A stretch of 61,994 bases of DNA from a virus. Lineage: Duplodnaviria; Caudoviricetes. Location of the stretch: positions 1 to 61,994 of IMG/VR virus record IMGVR_UViG_3300016476_000949, one strand, 5' to 3'. Below, piece after piece: positions 18,366 to 27,466 of this stretch (position 1 is the stretch's first letter; each line of letters starts with the position of its first letter). The notes under the pieces are model-generated. The model saw only the letters and a list, made by a program, of their open reading frames with translations. It made no database searches and had not been told where the DNA came from. The position numbers and the translations under genes are program-made.

Positions 18366-19072
18366 CGCTTCCGTCTGGCGGAACACTGTCCCTGCTCGAC
18401 ATCTACAACGAGGCGCAGCTGTCTCCGACGAGCCCTTGGTATGGGAAGGGAGCCAATCTCGGCTCTTACCGGGGCGTTCAGTGGTGGCAGGACAACTCAG
18501 CAACAGGGACGTTCCCGTCTGGCGCGATATCCGTCAGCGACTTCTACAGCAAGCGCTCCACGTCGCCGGTGACGCCGGGGTATCAGGAATATCTCTCTTC
18601 CGGGACATATACGTTCACGGTCCCCCTCTACAGCACGCTGACGGTTACGGTGAAAGGTGGCTCTGGAGGAGGGGCTGGCCAGAGTGGCAACGCTGCGTCC
18701 GGCGGCTCAGGCGGAGACGGCACGGTCAGCACCTTTGGCAAGTCTCCGGCGACCGTCTACGCCACCGGCGATTACGGCAGGGGCGCGAGTCCCGGCGGCG
18801 TCGGTGCGGCAGGATCTGGCTCCGACGGGTCGCCAGCCGGCGGCGCTGGATGGGGTTCTGGCGGCGCAAGCGGTAAGACCACCGTCGTCCTGACAAACCC
18901 CATCAGCGGCGGCTCCGGGCCGTCCGTAGGGGCGTCCGTGACGGTCGTCGTCGGGTCTCGCGGCGTCGGGGGCGCTCCGGGAGCATACTGGATCACATTC
19001 CCCACCAACGCCGGCTCGTTGGGAAGCGGCAGCCCCGGCAGCGCGGGATCCGTTCAGATCTGGTGGACCTAA
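18362..19072 (+). CDS. glycine-rich receptor-binding adhesin
   Basis: MTLPSGGTLSLLDI...PSGAISVSDFY N-terminus, TFTVP and Gly-rich body; coupled to the fibre gene. Confidence 0.7.
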   Translation: MTLPSGGTLSLLDIYNEAQLSPTSPWYGKGANLGSYRGVQWWQDNSATGTFPSGAISVSDFYSKRSTSPVTPGYQEYLSSGTYTFTVPLYSTLTVTVKGGSGGGAGQSGNAASGGSGGDGTVSTFGKSPATVYATGDYGRGASPGGVGAAGSGSDGSPAGGAGWGSGGASGKTTVVLTNPISGGSGPSVGASVTVVVGSRGVGGAPGAYWITFPTNAGSLGSGSPGSAGSVQIWWT

Positions 19073-19491
19073 AAAGCTTTCGACAGCCGCTCAATCTTTT
19101 TCTGCATCGCCTTTTTCACCGGCACGTAGCACAGGCTATAGTGCTCGGCGCAATACGAGCCGCGCGCACGTTGCCGGCCGCAATAGATCGTGGCATCGTC
19201 CTCGCCGATGATGTAGCAGCATGAGCTGTGTCGAAGATTCATGAGCGTGACGCCGACAACCGGCTCAAGGTGATCGAACAGTCTCTCCACCGGCCTTGGT
19301 TTCTGGATAGCTGTCACCTTTCGGACGCCGTCCTTGTCGATCCTGCCGCGAAGAGTTGCGCCCTTTTCCCTATGTCTTTTGATGACGCCAAGGACCGCGT
19401 TTCTGGATACGTTCAGCTCGGCCGCGATTTGATAACTGCTTTTGTTTTGCTGCCACAGGTCTACGGCCTTTTGCTTCAAAATGGTTTCCAT
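19069..19491 (-). CDS. gcrA: GcrA-family cell-cycle transcription regulator
   Basis: LW...QIAAELNVSRNAVLG HTH and LMNL...CCYIIG...YCG...SYCAEH C-terminal domain. Confidence 0.85.
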   Translation of the reverse strand: METILKQKAVDLWQQNKSSYQIAAELNVSRNAVLGVIKRHREKGATLRGRIDKDGVRKVTAIQKPRPVERLFDHLEPVVGVTLMNLRHSSCCYIIGEDDATIYCGRQRARGSYCAEHYSLCYVPVKKAMQKKIERLSKAF

Positions 19492-19505
19492 TGTTTCCTC
19501 CCAAT

Positions 19506-19528
19506 AAAAAGGGGCGCCGAAGCGCCCC
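19506..19528 (-). terminator. intrinsic terminator immediately upstream of gcrA
   Basis: Minus strand GGGGCGC-TTCG-GCGCCCC-TTTTT. Confidence 0.75.
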
Positions 19529-19547
19529 AGTAGACCCCAAGGAGGGG

Positions 19548-19988
19548 TTATTCGTTCGATTGCCTGACAACGTCTTCCTCGACGCTGTTCAGGACGGCGG
19601 CGAAAGCAGACTCGCTGATGGACGGTCCCGTATTGCGGATGCGCCCCGGAATCTGGGGAAATGCGCGCGTGATATTCTCCCTCTTCGCGGGTTCTTCAGC
19701 GCGAAAGTCCGCTGAATTCTCAGCGTTCTTGTCGGCAAAATGCGCACTGAACGCCGCGTAATTGGCAAGGTCGACGTAGTTGTCGGCGTATGCCGGGTCG
19801 CCGGGGATCCGTCCGAGCTTCACACAGGACAGGATGATAGCGACGTCGTAGGTAGAGATCGGCCGGTCGAGAACGATGCTGGCGATCTTGGAAATACGGT
19901 CGAAGCAGATGTCGCTGTCCCCATACTTCTTGTCGCGATCATTCAGAATTGCGGCGCAGTTTTTCAAAACATCACGATAGTGCATCAC
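19548..19988 (-). CDS. DUF6378-like phage protein
   Basis: RDKKYGD...FDRI...VKLGR...DNYVDLANYAA. Confidence 0.7.
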   Translation of the reverse strand: MMHYRDVLKNCAAILNDRDKKYGDSDICFDRISKIASIVLDRPISTYDVAIILSCVKLGRIPGDPAYADNYVDLANYAAFSAHFADKNAENSADFRAEEPAKRENITRAFPQIPGRIRNTGPSISESAFAAVLNSVEEDVVRQSNE

Positions 19989-20254
19989 AGCCTCGTTGAT
20001 GGATGGTCAAAGACCTTGATCTTTCCGATGTGCATGTAATTGATCGCCACCTGCCCTCGGCTGTAATAGGAGCCGCTCTGCGGGTCGCGATAAAACTCTT
20101 CGACGACGACAAAATCCTTTTTGGAAAGCGTGTCGACGAAATCTTGCAGGCTTTGCGATTCCCTGTGCTCGACATTCATCTGATGAACCAGATTTGCCGG
20201 CAATCCATTATCAGGAGCGCGGGTAGGCATATGCATGGTGAGCAAAAATCGCAT
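19985..20254 (-). CDS. hypothetical protein (MRFLLTMHMP...)
   Basis: GAGG RBS, ATG at 20254, overlap with the next gene. Confidence 0.6.
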   Translation of the reverse strand: MRFLLTMHMPTRAPDNGLPANLVHQMNVEHRESQSLQDFVDTLSKKDFVVVEEFYRDPQSGSYYSRGQVAINYMHIGKIKVFDHPSTRL

Positions 20255-20306
20255 TGCGTCCTCTTTCAAATCGGCGGCCGGAGGGTGGGCCGGCCGCCGA
20301 CTATTA

Positions 20307-20987
20307 TCAGCCGAAGTCTTCCTCGGCCGACACGGGCTGCGGAGCGGAAGCGGGGGGAGGCGCCTGCGTAGAGCCGGTGGAAGGCGGATTATAGCCGAAC
20401 GAGCCTTGCTCGGCCGGCTGCGTCGACGGAGCCGAGCCATTCGAACGCGGCTTGTATTCGAGGTCTTTGGGGCGGTCCACCCATACGGTGATCTGCCAGA
20501 CCGGAACATAGTTGGTCGACTTCTTCTCGCCCTTTCCGACCGTCTCCGCGACGGAATCTGCAAGAACGACGACGGGCAGTTTTCCCGGGTGGTTCTTCAC
20601 CTCAGCCAGATACTGGTCGTGCAGCTTTTCAGTCCCACGCAGGAACGCGCCGGCGTTTGAGGCGAGCTCGCGAATGTCGTTGCCGCAATCCCTGCCCAGT
20701 TTGATCTGGATGCGGATGCCCTGACGGTGCTGTTCGCTCGGCTTCGCCGGCATGGGCGCGCCAATGCGAGCCATGCTGAACGACGGCGCTGAGCCGGCCG
20801 GGAAATTTATCCAACCGACTTCAAGGTTCTCGAAATCGAAAACGGCTTTGAACGAGCGCGTGATGTCGATGTCGGAAGACGAGCCGTCAGAGCTGCGGTC
20901 GCGACGCGAAATGCGGCCAGCGCGCGCGTCGTATTTGCAGATAGGCAGGAAATCTTCGCCGGAGTTATAGGTAAACCCAAAAGCCAT
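20307..20987 (-). CDS. putative single-stranded DNA-binding protein
   Basis: Located downstream of the exonuclease; STNYVPVWQITVWVDRP followed by a Pro-rich linker and acidic tail EEDFG. Confidence 0.55.
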   Translation of the reverse strand: MAFGFTYNSGEDFLPICKYDARAGRISRRDRSSDGSSSDIDITRSFKAVFDFENLEVGWINFPAGSAPSFSMARIGAPMPAKPSEQHRQGIRIQIKLGRDCGNDIRELASNAGAFLRGTEKLHDQYLAEVKNHPGKLPVVVLADSVAETVGKGEKKSTNYVPVWQITVWVDRPKDLEYKPRSNGSAPSTQPAEQGSFGYNPPSTGSTQAPPPASAPQPVSAEEDFG

Positions 20988-21045
20988 TTTCACTTCTCCT
21001 GTTGCGGCCGTCTGGCCGGCCGCTTGCCTTTCCCCTATTGGGGAT

Positions 21046-21489
21046 TCAGATATGCTTACGCCTCTTCCCGGCGCGTATTTGGGTTACGCATTCGCGACTA
21101 ACCCCAAACACATCAGCAATTGATTGATGCGTCCCTGCGGCAGACCTTATTGCGATAACGTCGGAGTCGGACAGTCTGCCATTATGATGAACGAGGCCAC
21201 GCGGCGACCTCGCCTTCATTGCCATATCCTCAAGATTTTCCCGCTGACTGCCGACAATCAAGTGATCAGGATTAACGCAGCATCTGACATCGCATTTATG
21301 CATGACGACACGGTCGTCATCGCAACCTTCAACAAAAATCTTCATAGCCGCTCGATGTGCGTATTGGACTTTTCCATCTAGGAAAAACCTTCCATATCCA
21401 TTTGGAAGCGTGGCCCCGACCCACAGCCAGCATCCGCTGGTCGGCTCCGGCGATGCAAATTTCATGAATCGCTCAATATCAGTCATCAT
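21046..21489 (-). CDS. HNH homing endonuclease
   Basis: CWLWVGA...GYG...AHR...VMHKCDVRCCVNPDHL...N, plus C-terminal HTH. Confidence 0.9.
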   Translation of the reverse strand: MMTDIERFMKFASPEPTSGCWLWVGATLPNGYGRFFLDGKVQYAHRAAMKIFVEGCDDDRVVMHKCDVRCCVNPDHLIVGSQRENLEDMAMKARSPRGLVHHNGRLSDSDVIAIRSAAGTHQSIADVFGVSRECVTQIRAGKRRKHI

Positions 21490-22235
21490 ACGCCCCAAAC
21501 TTCGTAGGCAGCCTTCCGCATCTCCGGGGAATTAAAGTAAAAGCTCTCGACGTCAGGCGCGACCAGCCCGGCAATTTCCCTCGCGTCATTGCTGACGGAA
21601 AGCAGCTTCTGAACGGACAGCGCAATCCGCTCCAGTGAGCGCATGTGCTCCTCAGCGCTCTCCAGCCGATAGACCGCCGCCTTTTTTGAGGTCACATAAG
21701 CAAGGCGCGGGTCGTAGTCGTGATTGCGAAAGGCGGAATAGAGCGCCACCTGCCGCGCGTGCGGCAATTTGATCTGGCTCGGCAGCGCGTGCGTCGTCTT
21801 CAGGTCGACGATGATTTTGTGGTTAGACCACTCGAAATCGTAAAATCCGATAATCGGAACCTGAAGCCCGCAAACACGCAATTCAACGCGTCCCTGCATC
21901 GATGTCGGCGGCCCATACGGACGCAGATTGTCTAACGCAAGCTTGACCATATCCGGTATGGCCTCGCGCTCCTTTTCGTTGCGCGGATCCGGCGACATCG
22001 CCGACAGGCGCCAAAATTCGTTAATGGCTTTCTCGATGCATTCCTCGTCCTTGGCGCCGGTCTCCAGCCCATGGGCGACGCCAAATTCGACGGCCGTCCC
22101 ACGATGCGCTGCGGCGCCAACTTTCCCTCGCCTTTTCATCAGCTTGTCCAAGATGAACATCGCCGGCGATGCGGCGAACGTGTTCAGCGAAGACGGAGAC
22201 AAATGGGGGATGCCGTGGACTTCAAACGGGTTCAT
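21486..22235 (-). CDS. PD-(D/E)XK exonuclease (RecB/Cas4-like)
   Basis: HLSPSSL, RGTAVE, GFYD...IVDLKTT, RQVALY. Confidence 0.8.
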   Translation of the reverse strand: MNPFEVHGIPHLSPSSLNTFAASPAMFILDKLMKRRGKVGAAAHRGTAVEFGVAHGLETGAKDEECIEKAINEFWRLSAMSPDPRNEKEREAIPDMVKLALDNLRPYGPPTSMQGRVELRVCGLQVPIIGFYDFEWSNHKIIVDLKTTHALPSQIKLPHARQVALYSAFRNHDYDPRLAYVTSKKAAVYRLESAEEHMRSLERIALSVQKLLSVSNDAREIAGLVAPDVESFYFNSPEMRKAAYEVWGV

Positions 22236-22257
22236 CTGCGACTCAATTTCGATTCGG

Positions 22258-22350
22258 TAGCTGAACGGTAGGCACTGCGTAAGTATCACGTCAAGACGTG
22301 AAATTTTTATTCACACATCTTGACGGCGCGCCATCCCCAATGCCTAGTCT
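22258..22350. promoter_or_regulatory. putative back-to-back divergent promoters
   Basis: TCTTGACG-N14/15-TGCCTA occurs on both strands, pointing outward from an AT-rich centre at the strand switch. Confidence 0.45.
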
Positions 22351-22422
22351 GGGGAGCCATTCCGCCGTCCGCAATAGTGGCGACGGATCATTAGTGTAGA
22401 ATTATCAATAGGATATTTTGAT

Positions 22423-23079
22423 ATGGCTCAAAACACATCGCATGCGGTGATGCAGCAGCGCCGCGAGGCGCTCGATAGTCTCGAAGATTTCCCAACTCCG
22501 CCATGGTCGACGCGTGCGCTCATCAAGCACGTCATCAAGCCGCTCATGTCAAAGAGAGACATCTCTGGCGACACGGTGTGGGAGCCATCATGCAATCGTG
22601 GATATATGACGCGCGTCCTGAGCGAGGAATTTTGCACCGTCTACGCATCTGACATTGTGCGATACGAAAATTGGGAGCCGTGGTTCGTCGAGCAGGACTT
22701 TCTCGACGATACAAGAACATGCATGCCAATTGCGCGCGGCGTCGACTGGATCATTACCAATCCACCATTCAATAAGGCGGAGGCATTCATTGCGCGTTGC
22801 GCGCAAATACAGCCTACCGCCGGATATGCAATGCTTGTGCGCTCCGCCTTCCTTGAGGGCGTCGGACGCTACGAGCGCATATTTTCCAGCAACCCTCCGA
22901 ATGTCGTCGCGCAGTTCAGCGAGCGTGTGCCGATGGTGAAGGGGCGCTATGACCAAAAGGCGTCAACGGCGACCAGCTATTGCTGGCTCGTATGGTTTTC
23001 GCACTGGCGCGCGTGCGAGTCGATGTTGATGTGGATCCCTCCCTGTAGGAAAGAACTGGAGAAAGAGACAGATGTCTGA
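22423..23079 (+). CDS. amino-DNA methyltransferase (N6-A/N4-C type)
   Basis: FPTPPW, WEPSCNRG (motif I-like), QDFL, IITNPPF catalytic motif. Confidence 0.85.
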   Translation: MAQNTSHAVMQQRREALDSLEDFPTPPWSTRALIKHVIKPLMSKRDISGDTVWEPSCNRGYMTRVLSEEFCTVYASDIVRYENWEPWFVEQDFLDDTRTCMPIARGVDWIITNPPFNKAEAFIARCAQIQPTAGYAMLVRSAFLEGVGRYERIFSSNPPNVVAQFSERVPMVKGRYDQKASTATSYCWLVWFSHWRACESMLMWIPPCRKELEKETDV

Positions 23080-23134
23080 AGACTATTTCATCATGGGGGT
23101 CGACCCCGGAATGATCGGGGCCGTCGATGGCTAA
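23072..23134 (+). pseudogene. orphaned original 5' end of ruvC (20 codons)
   Basis: MSEDYFIMGVDPGMIGAVDG*, duplicating the IMGVDPGxxGAV catalytic strand of the ruvC at 23714. Confidence 0.75.
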
Positions 23135-23717
23135 CAAAGCAGGGCCAATGCTTAAGGCGGGGCAATCTTGGTCTGCCAAGTGGGCTGGGCATATTGACTG
23201 CGGGAACGGTCTTTTTCGCCTTCCGGGCAGAACAAAAAATGGAGGCCCAAAGAATTATTATTTTTCCGAAGGGGAATGCTCATTTTGCAAGAATATGTCT
23301 CTCCTGTCTGTGTCTAGCAAGTCGAAACACGGAAATAGATTTTGTTCTCCGTCATGCCGATATGAATATGTGAAGTTAACTCACGCAGGAAACAGACACA
23401 TAAAGCGCAGACCCGGTGGCGATCACCATGTTCTTGTTCTATCGCATGGTCACTTGCGGGCAAACAGGGGAGGTCAGGTTTATGAGCATATACTTGTTGC
23501 CGAATCTGAGCTTGGGAGACCTATTACCAATAACGAAGTTGTGCATCACATAAACTGCATAAAGAGTGATAACTCACCATCAAACCTGTTTGTTTGCAGC
23601 AGCCCAAGCGAACACTTTTCCATACACGGCTCTCTTAACAAGTGCGTCGCTGAGTTAATCGATTCCGGCCTCATTTGGTTCGACACGGAATCAAAGAAAT
23701 ACAGGGTGAAGAGATGA
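23127..23717 (+). CDS. HNH homing endonuclease with zinc finger
   Basis: CSFC...FCSPSC; YEHILVAE..LGR....EVVHHIN.IKSDN.PSNL; low GC. Confidence 0.85.
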   Translation: MANKAGPMLKAGQSWSAKWAGHIDCGNGLFRLPGRTKNGGPKNYYFSEGECSFCKNMSLLSVSSKSKHGNRFCSPSCRYEYVKLTHAGNRHIKRRPGGDHHVLVLSHGHLRANRGGQVYEHILVAESELGRPITNNEVVHHINCIKSDNSPSNLFVCSSPSEHFSIHGSLNKCVAELIDSGLIWFDTESKKYRVKR

Positions 23718-24163
23718 CATGCATCATGGGTGTTGATCCCGGAATTTCTGGAGCGGTCTCATTCTATTTTCCAGACAACCCGGGCCAGATAGCTGTTTAT
23801 GATATGCCTTTTGTTGGAAAGGAGGTAAATGCGGCAGAGCTTTTTGATATTGTTTCTTCGTTTTCTCCAGATGTCTCAGTGATAGAGGCTGTCCACGCTT
23901 TTAAAGGACAGGGCGTCTCGTCGTCGTTCAATTTCGGGGTCTCGTATGGAGTTATCAAGGGGGTCGTTGGCGCTTCAAAGATCAGGACACATCTCGTCGC
24001 GCCGACCAAGTGGAAAAAATACTTTAGCCTTTCGGCGGATAAGGAAGCGTCGAGAGCATTGGCGATAAGACATTGGCCAGACAGCCCGCACTTCCGTCGC
24101 AAGAAGGACCACGGTCGCGCAGAGGCGGCTCTTCTTGCTCTATATGGCGACGCAATAAAATAA
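23714..24163 (+). CDS. ruvC: RuvC-like Holliday junction resolvase
   Basis: IMGVDPG, VIEAV, SSFNFG, PTKWKK, DHGRAEAALLA. Confidence 0.85.
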   Translation: MTCIMGVDPGISGAVSFYFPDNPGQIAVYDMPFVGKEVNAAELFDIVSSFSPDVSVIEAVHAFKGQGVSSSFNFGVSYGVIKGVVGASKIRTHLVAPTKWKKYFSLSADKEASRALAIRHWPDSPHFRRKKDHGRAEAALLALYGDAIK

Positions 24164-24174
24164 GGAACAATCCG

Positions 24175-24612
24175 ATGAAGTGGCCGGAATATTTTATGGG
24201 ATTTGCTGAGCACGCGGCGAAGAAGTCAAAAGATCCGACGCAGGTTGGAGCCGTTCTGGTTGGGCCTGATCGAGAAATCCGACTGACTGGGTTCAATGGT
24301 CCTCCTCGCGGCGTCATCGACTCGGAAGAGCGTAGGCAGCGACCGACGAAATACCTCTACGCCTCGCACGCCGAGAGCAACCTCATTTCGTTCGCGGCCC
24401 GTGAGGGAATACGCACGGCCGGATACACTGTGTATGTAACCCATATGCCATGCGCGGCATGCGCTCGAACACTGATACAGGCGGGCATCTCCGGCGTCAT
24501 CTACGGTCCCGGGACGACATCCATGCCGGAGGAGGAATTCTTCGCGGCAGAAGCCATGTTTCGCGAGGCGCGTGTCGACACATTCAAGCTGGAGAAGAAA
24601 AGTGAAACTTGA
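24175..24612 (+). CDS. dCMP deaminase
   Basis: SKDPTQVGAV, TGFNG, HAESN, PCAAC zinc-binding motifs. Confidence 0.9.
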   Translation: MKWPEYFMGFAEHAAKKSKDPTQVGAVLVGPDREIRLTGFNGPPRGVIDSEERRQRPTKYLYASHAESNLISFAAREGIRTAGYTVYVTHMPCAACARTLIQAGISGVIYGPGTTSMPEEEFFAAEAMFREARVDTFKLEKKSET

Positions 24613-24931
24613 TTTGAGAGCACATCTTTACCGACAGATTGAATCCTCCAAGAAAAACTTTGGTCCAGACACAAGCGACGAAAAGCTCTCCGGCATCAGG
24701 AGGCACATTGAGAAAGAGTTGTTGGAAATCGAGCAGGATCCTCGCGACCTGATTGAATGGATCGACGTCGTGATCCTCGCATTCGATGGCGCATGGCGAT
24801 CCGGCCACACGCCAGACCAGATTGTCGAGGCGCTCGTATTCAAGCAGAACAAAAACGAATCTCGTAAATGGCCAGATTGGCGCGACATTCCGGCGGGGAG
24901 GCCGATTGAGCATGACAGATCGTCGGAATAA
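24602..24931 (+). CDS. DUF550 dATP/dGTP pyrophosphohydrolase (MazG-like)
   Basis: FGP...HIEKELLE...EWIDVVILAFDGAWRSG...KQNKNESRKWPDWR. Confidence 0.85.
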   Translation: MKLDLRAHLYRQIESSKKNFGPDTSDEKLSGIRRHIEKELLEIEQDPRDLIEWIDVVILAFDGAWRSGHTPDQIVEALVFKQNKNESRKWPDWRDIPAGRPIEHDRSSE

Positions 24932-25271
24932 TCTCGATCTTTATATGGTTATGGACGCCGGCGTCATTATCATAGCAACGCTGCTGTTTGCTGCGGCCGC
25001 ATGGACAATCGGCGACGAGGTTGTGTCCGCATCAGGCGAGGCAAAAACAGATCAGCCGGAAATTGAGAAATTCCTTCCTGATTCGGATCCGCAGCCGGTC
25101 AGGCCGTCTTATCTGATCGACTGGCCAATTTCCTACAAAATGTCATCAGGCGAACAAGAGGAGGCGGTTAGCAAAAAAGAGTGTGCTGATGAAGGTCAAA
25201 TGGCAGAAGATCGCGACACTCAAGAAAGGCATACGCGTCGCCATTACAGAAGATGGCGCCGACATTATTGA
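24912..25271 (+). CDS. hypothetical membrane-anchored protein
   Basis: N-terminal hydrophobic helix and Arg/His-rich C-terminus. Confidence 0.45.
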   Translation: MTDRRNNLDLYMVMDAGVIIIATLLFAAAAWTIGDEVVSASGEAKTDQPEIEKFLPDSDPQPVRPSYLIDWPISYKMSSGEQEEAVSKKECADEGQMAEDRDTQERHTRRHYRRWRRHY

Positions 25272-25285
25272 TATTGGAGATGACC

Positions 25286-25531
25286 ATGCGTAAGGCTCGA
25301 ATCATCAAATACCGCGAACCGACAAAACGCCTGCATCCGCTCGTCCACGCGCTCCGTAAGCGCCGCTACGACCTGCGGCTCGGAGCGCGGGCCGTTGCCG
25401 AGCGGATAGGGTATGAGGTTGACACGGTGCAGGCGTGGGAGATGGGCCGGACCACCCCCAACATCTTCGCGGTTCAGGCATGGGCGCAGGGTCTTGGTTT
25501 GGATGTCACTTTTACGGAGCGCGAGGGTTGA
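25286..25531 (+). CDS. XRE-family HTH protein
   Basis: LRKRR...VAERIGY...VQAWEMG..TP...WAQGLG. Confidence 0.8.
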   Translation: MRKARIIKYREPTKRLHPLVHALRKRRYDLRLGARAVAERIGYEVDTVQAWEMGRTTPNIFAVQAWAQGLGLDVTFTEREG

Positions 25532-25755
25532 ACCCTCCGCGTCGCCGCACAGTATCGCGGACGCTGCATCCCGTCATCGAGACGCTGCGACAGGCGCGAT
25601 ACGACCAGCGGATGCCCGTGCTGCTGCTGGCAGAGATCACTGGATACTCGTCCAAGGCGATCCATCAGTGGGAGGCTGGAACCGTTAATCCTAAACTGAA
25701 ACATTTGCACGACTGGGCGGAAGCTCTTGGCATGAAGATTGAGGTGATGAAATGA
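25528..25755 (+). CDS. XRE-family HTH protein (tandem paralogue)
   Basis: LHPVIETLRQAR...LAEITGY...IHQWEAG..NP...WAEALG; TTGA overlap start. Confidence 0.75.
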   Translation: MNPPRRRTVSRTLHPVIETLRQARYDQRMPVLLLAEITGYSSKAIHQWEAGTVNPKLKHLHDWAEALGMKIEVMK

Positions 25756-26717
25756 GCATATCGAAAGGGACGCCAGCGTCGTCGCAGATCGTCTGGTTGG
25801 AAGGCGAAAACGCCCGCCTGCGGGGCGAGGTGGAGCGATTGACGTTAGAGAGGGATTACTGGGCGCGGGCGCGGAACGAATGGGAGAAATCAGCCCGGCT
25901 GTTGGAGGAAGAAAACAAGCGGCTGACGCGGGAGAGGGATGCCGCTATCAGAGAGGCAGTTCGCTACCAACAAGAACGCGATGCAGTAGCACGACGCCTT
26001 GAACGTGCGCTTGAAGAAGGTGCAAAGCGTCGTGAAGAACGTGCCGCCGCCCTTGCCCGCGCGGAAGCGGCAGAGCGGGAGAGGGATGAGGCGCGTAAAA
26101 CACTCAACGATTTGCATGAGCGGCAGATGAAACTCGTGGCAGACCGCGACGCCGCTATACGCGAAGTTTCTGCCGCAGGGCGCAGGCAGGGGGAAGCAGA
26201 GGCGCGCATGGACGCCGCCATTGCCGAGCGCAATACATGCTGGTCGGACTTTGGTGCTGTGTGCGAAGTCCTCGGAAACTGCGAAGCGGAGATAGCGGTA
26301 GACCGCGCCAAGAGTATGCAGGCTGATTTGGTCGAAGCTAGGAATGAACTGGACGCCGTCTACAACGCGCTCGGCACAGCGGACGCCGAGGGTGCGCCTG
26401 ATGCTGCTGCTACCATCGCCATCTTATTCAAGGAATGCAGCGCCGCTGTTTGCGAGAGGGACGAGGCGCGTGAAGCCGCAGACGCTTTGCGCGAGACCAT
26501 CAAAATGGAGACCGAGTTGCAAGGCCAATTGCAGGGCGAACTTGCCGCCGCCGAGGCGAAAGTCGTGACGCTGCGTGAGGCGCTGACGCCGTTTGCCAAA
26601 GCCGTTGATTACTACGCCATTGCAGCAACGGACGAATACCCGATTGACCGTGGCGAGTTTGCGCTAGGCGACCTTCGCCGCGCTCGCGCTGTTTTGCAGG
26701 AGACCGAACGTGACTGA
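25752..26717 (+). CDS. coiled-coil accessory protein with ERDxA repeats
   Basis: Repeated (T/A)xERD(E/A)A heptads; C-terminal LREALTPFA. Confidence 0.6.
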   Translation: MSISKGTPASSQIVWLEGENARLRGEVERLTLERDYWARARNEWEKSARLLEEENKRLTRERDAAIREAVRYQQERDAVARRLERALEEGAKRREERAAALARAEAAERERDEARKTLNDLHERQMKLVADRDAAIREVSAAGRRQGEAEARMDAAIAERNTCWSDFGAVCEVLGNCEAEIAVDRAKSMQADLVEARNELDAVYNALGTADAEGAPDAAATIAILFKECSAAVCERDEAREAADALRETIKMETELQGQLQGELAAAEAKVVTLREALTPFAKAVDYYAIAATDEYPIDRGEFALGDLRRARAVLQETERD

Positions 26718-27090
26718 CGACATTGTGGAGCGACTGCGCGACGGCAAGAACTGGCTGAACGGCGGTGCTTGCTGCGGTGACGTTGACGACGCTGAATGCT
26801 GTGCTGCGCCCGCCTGCATTTTTGGTGAGGCCCTGAAGCAGTTCTACGAAGCCGCCGACGAGATTGAGCGGCTGACGCGCGAGAGGGACGAGGCGTTCCA
26901 GAAATACGTTGACGCAAACGAAGCGCGCATAGACGCCGAGGCGAAAGTCGCGAGGCTGCGGGAGGCGCTGAAGCCGTTTGCTGAAGCCGCGTCGATGACA
27001 GCGGATGGCTTCCCCGACCATGACATCATGCCGATGCGTCTAGGTCAGTGTCGTGACGCCCGCACCGCATTGCAGGAGGCCGAACAATGA
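26710..27090 (+). CDS. accessory protein sharing its C-terminal module with the upstream gene
   Basis: MTDDIVERLR...EAADEIERL...EAKVARLREALKPFA. Confidence 0.65.
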   Translation: MTDDIVERLRDGKNWLNGGACCGDVDDAECCAAPACIFGEALKQFYEAADEIERLTRERDEAFQKYVDANEARIDAEAKVARLREALKPFAEAASMTADGFPDHDIMPMRLGQCRDARTALQEAEQ

Positions 27091-27164
27091 GCGAAGCAGG
27101 CATGATTGTCTTTGGACTGCTGTGCTTTGCGGCTGGCTATCGAGCAGGGAGGATGTCTAAGTGA
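27087..27164 (+). CDS. 25-aa single-TM peptide
   Basis: MSEAGMIVFGLLCFAAGYRAGRMSK; AGGAGG RBS, ATGA and GTGA coupling on both sides. Confidence 0.55.
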   Translation: MSEAGMIVFGLLCFAAGYRAGRMSK

Positions 27165-27466
27165 TTTCTTGGAGCGACGAGGCGATTGAGGCTGCATACC
27201 GCGCATATGTCAAAAACTATCTGCGAGAGGATGACGACGCGCAATTATGGCGCATCATTCTCAACGCCGCCCTAGCTGTGCAGGGCTGTCCTAAGCTGCC
27301 CGACTGCAAAACATACGCAGACCGCGCGTATGCTGATGGCTATGCCGGGGCATTGGTGGACGCGGCGAAGGTGGCAGAAGACGCACCATGCCAGACATCA
27401 GGGGATAAGCGTCGTGCAGACGCCATCGCTGCAAAAATTCGCGCACTGAAGGAGAAGCAGGGATGA
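27161..27466 (+). CDS. hypothetical protein
   Basis: Coupled ORF ending IAAKIRALKEKQG. Confidence 0.6.
   Translation: MISWSDEAIEAAYRAYVKNYLREDDDAQLWRIILNAALAVQGCPKLPDCKTYADRAYADGYAGALVDAAKVAEDAPCQTSGDKRRADAIAAKIRALKEKQG

Noticed and set aside
21486-22235. Cas4-like nuclease suggesting a CRISPR system
   Set aside because: No repeat-spacer array or other cas genes; this is an ordinary phage PD-(D/E)XK exonuclease next to an SSB-like gene
24175-24931. DUF550 plus dCMP deaminase (and DUF6378) as evidence of a Z-base or other hypermodified genome
   Set aside because: No PurZ, queuosine-pathway, thymidylate-synthase-like or dedicated polymerase gene was recognised; nucleotide pool tuning explains them adequately
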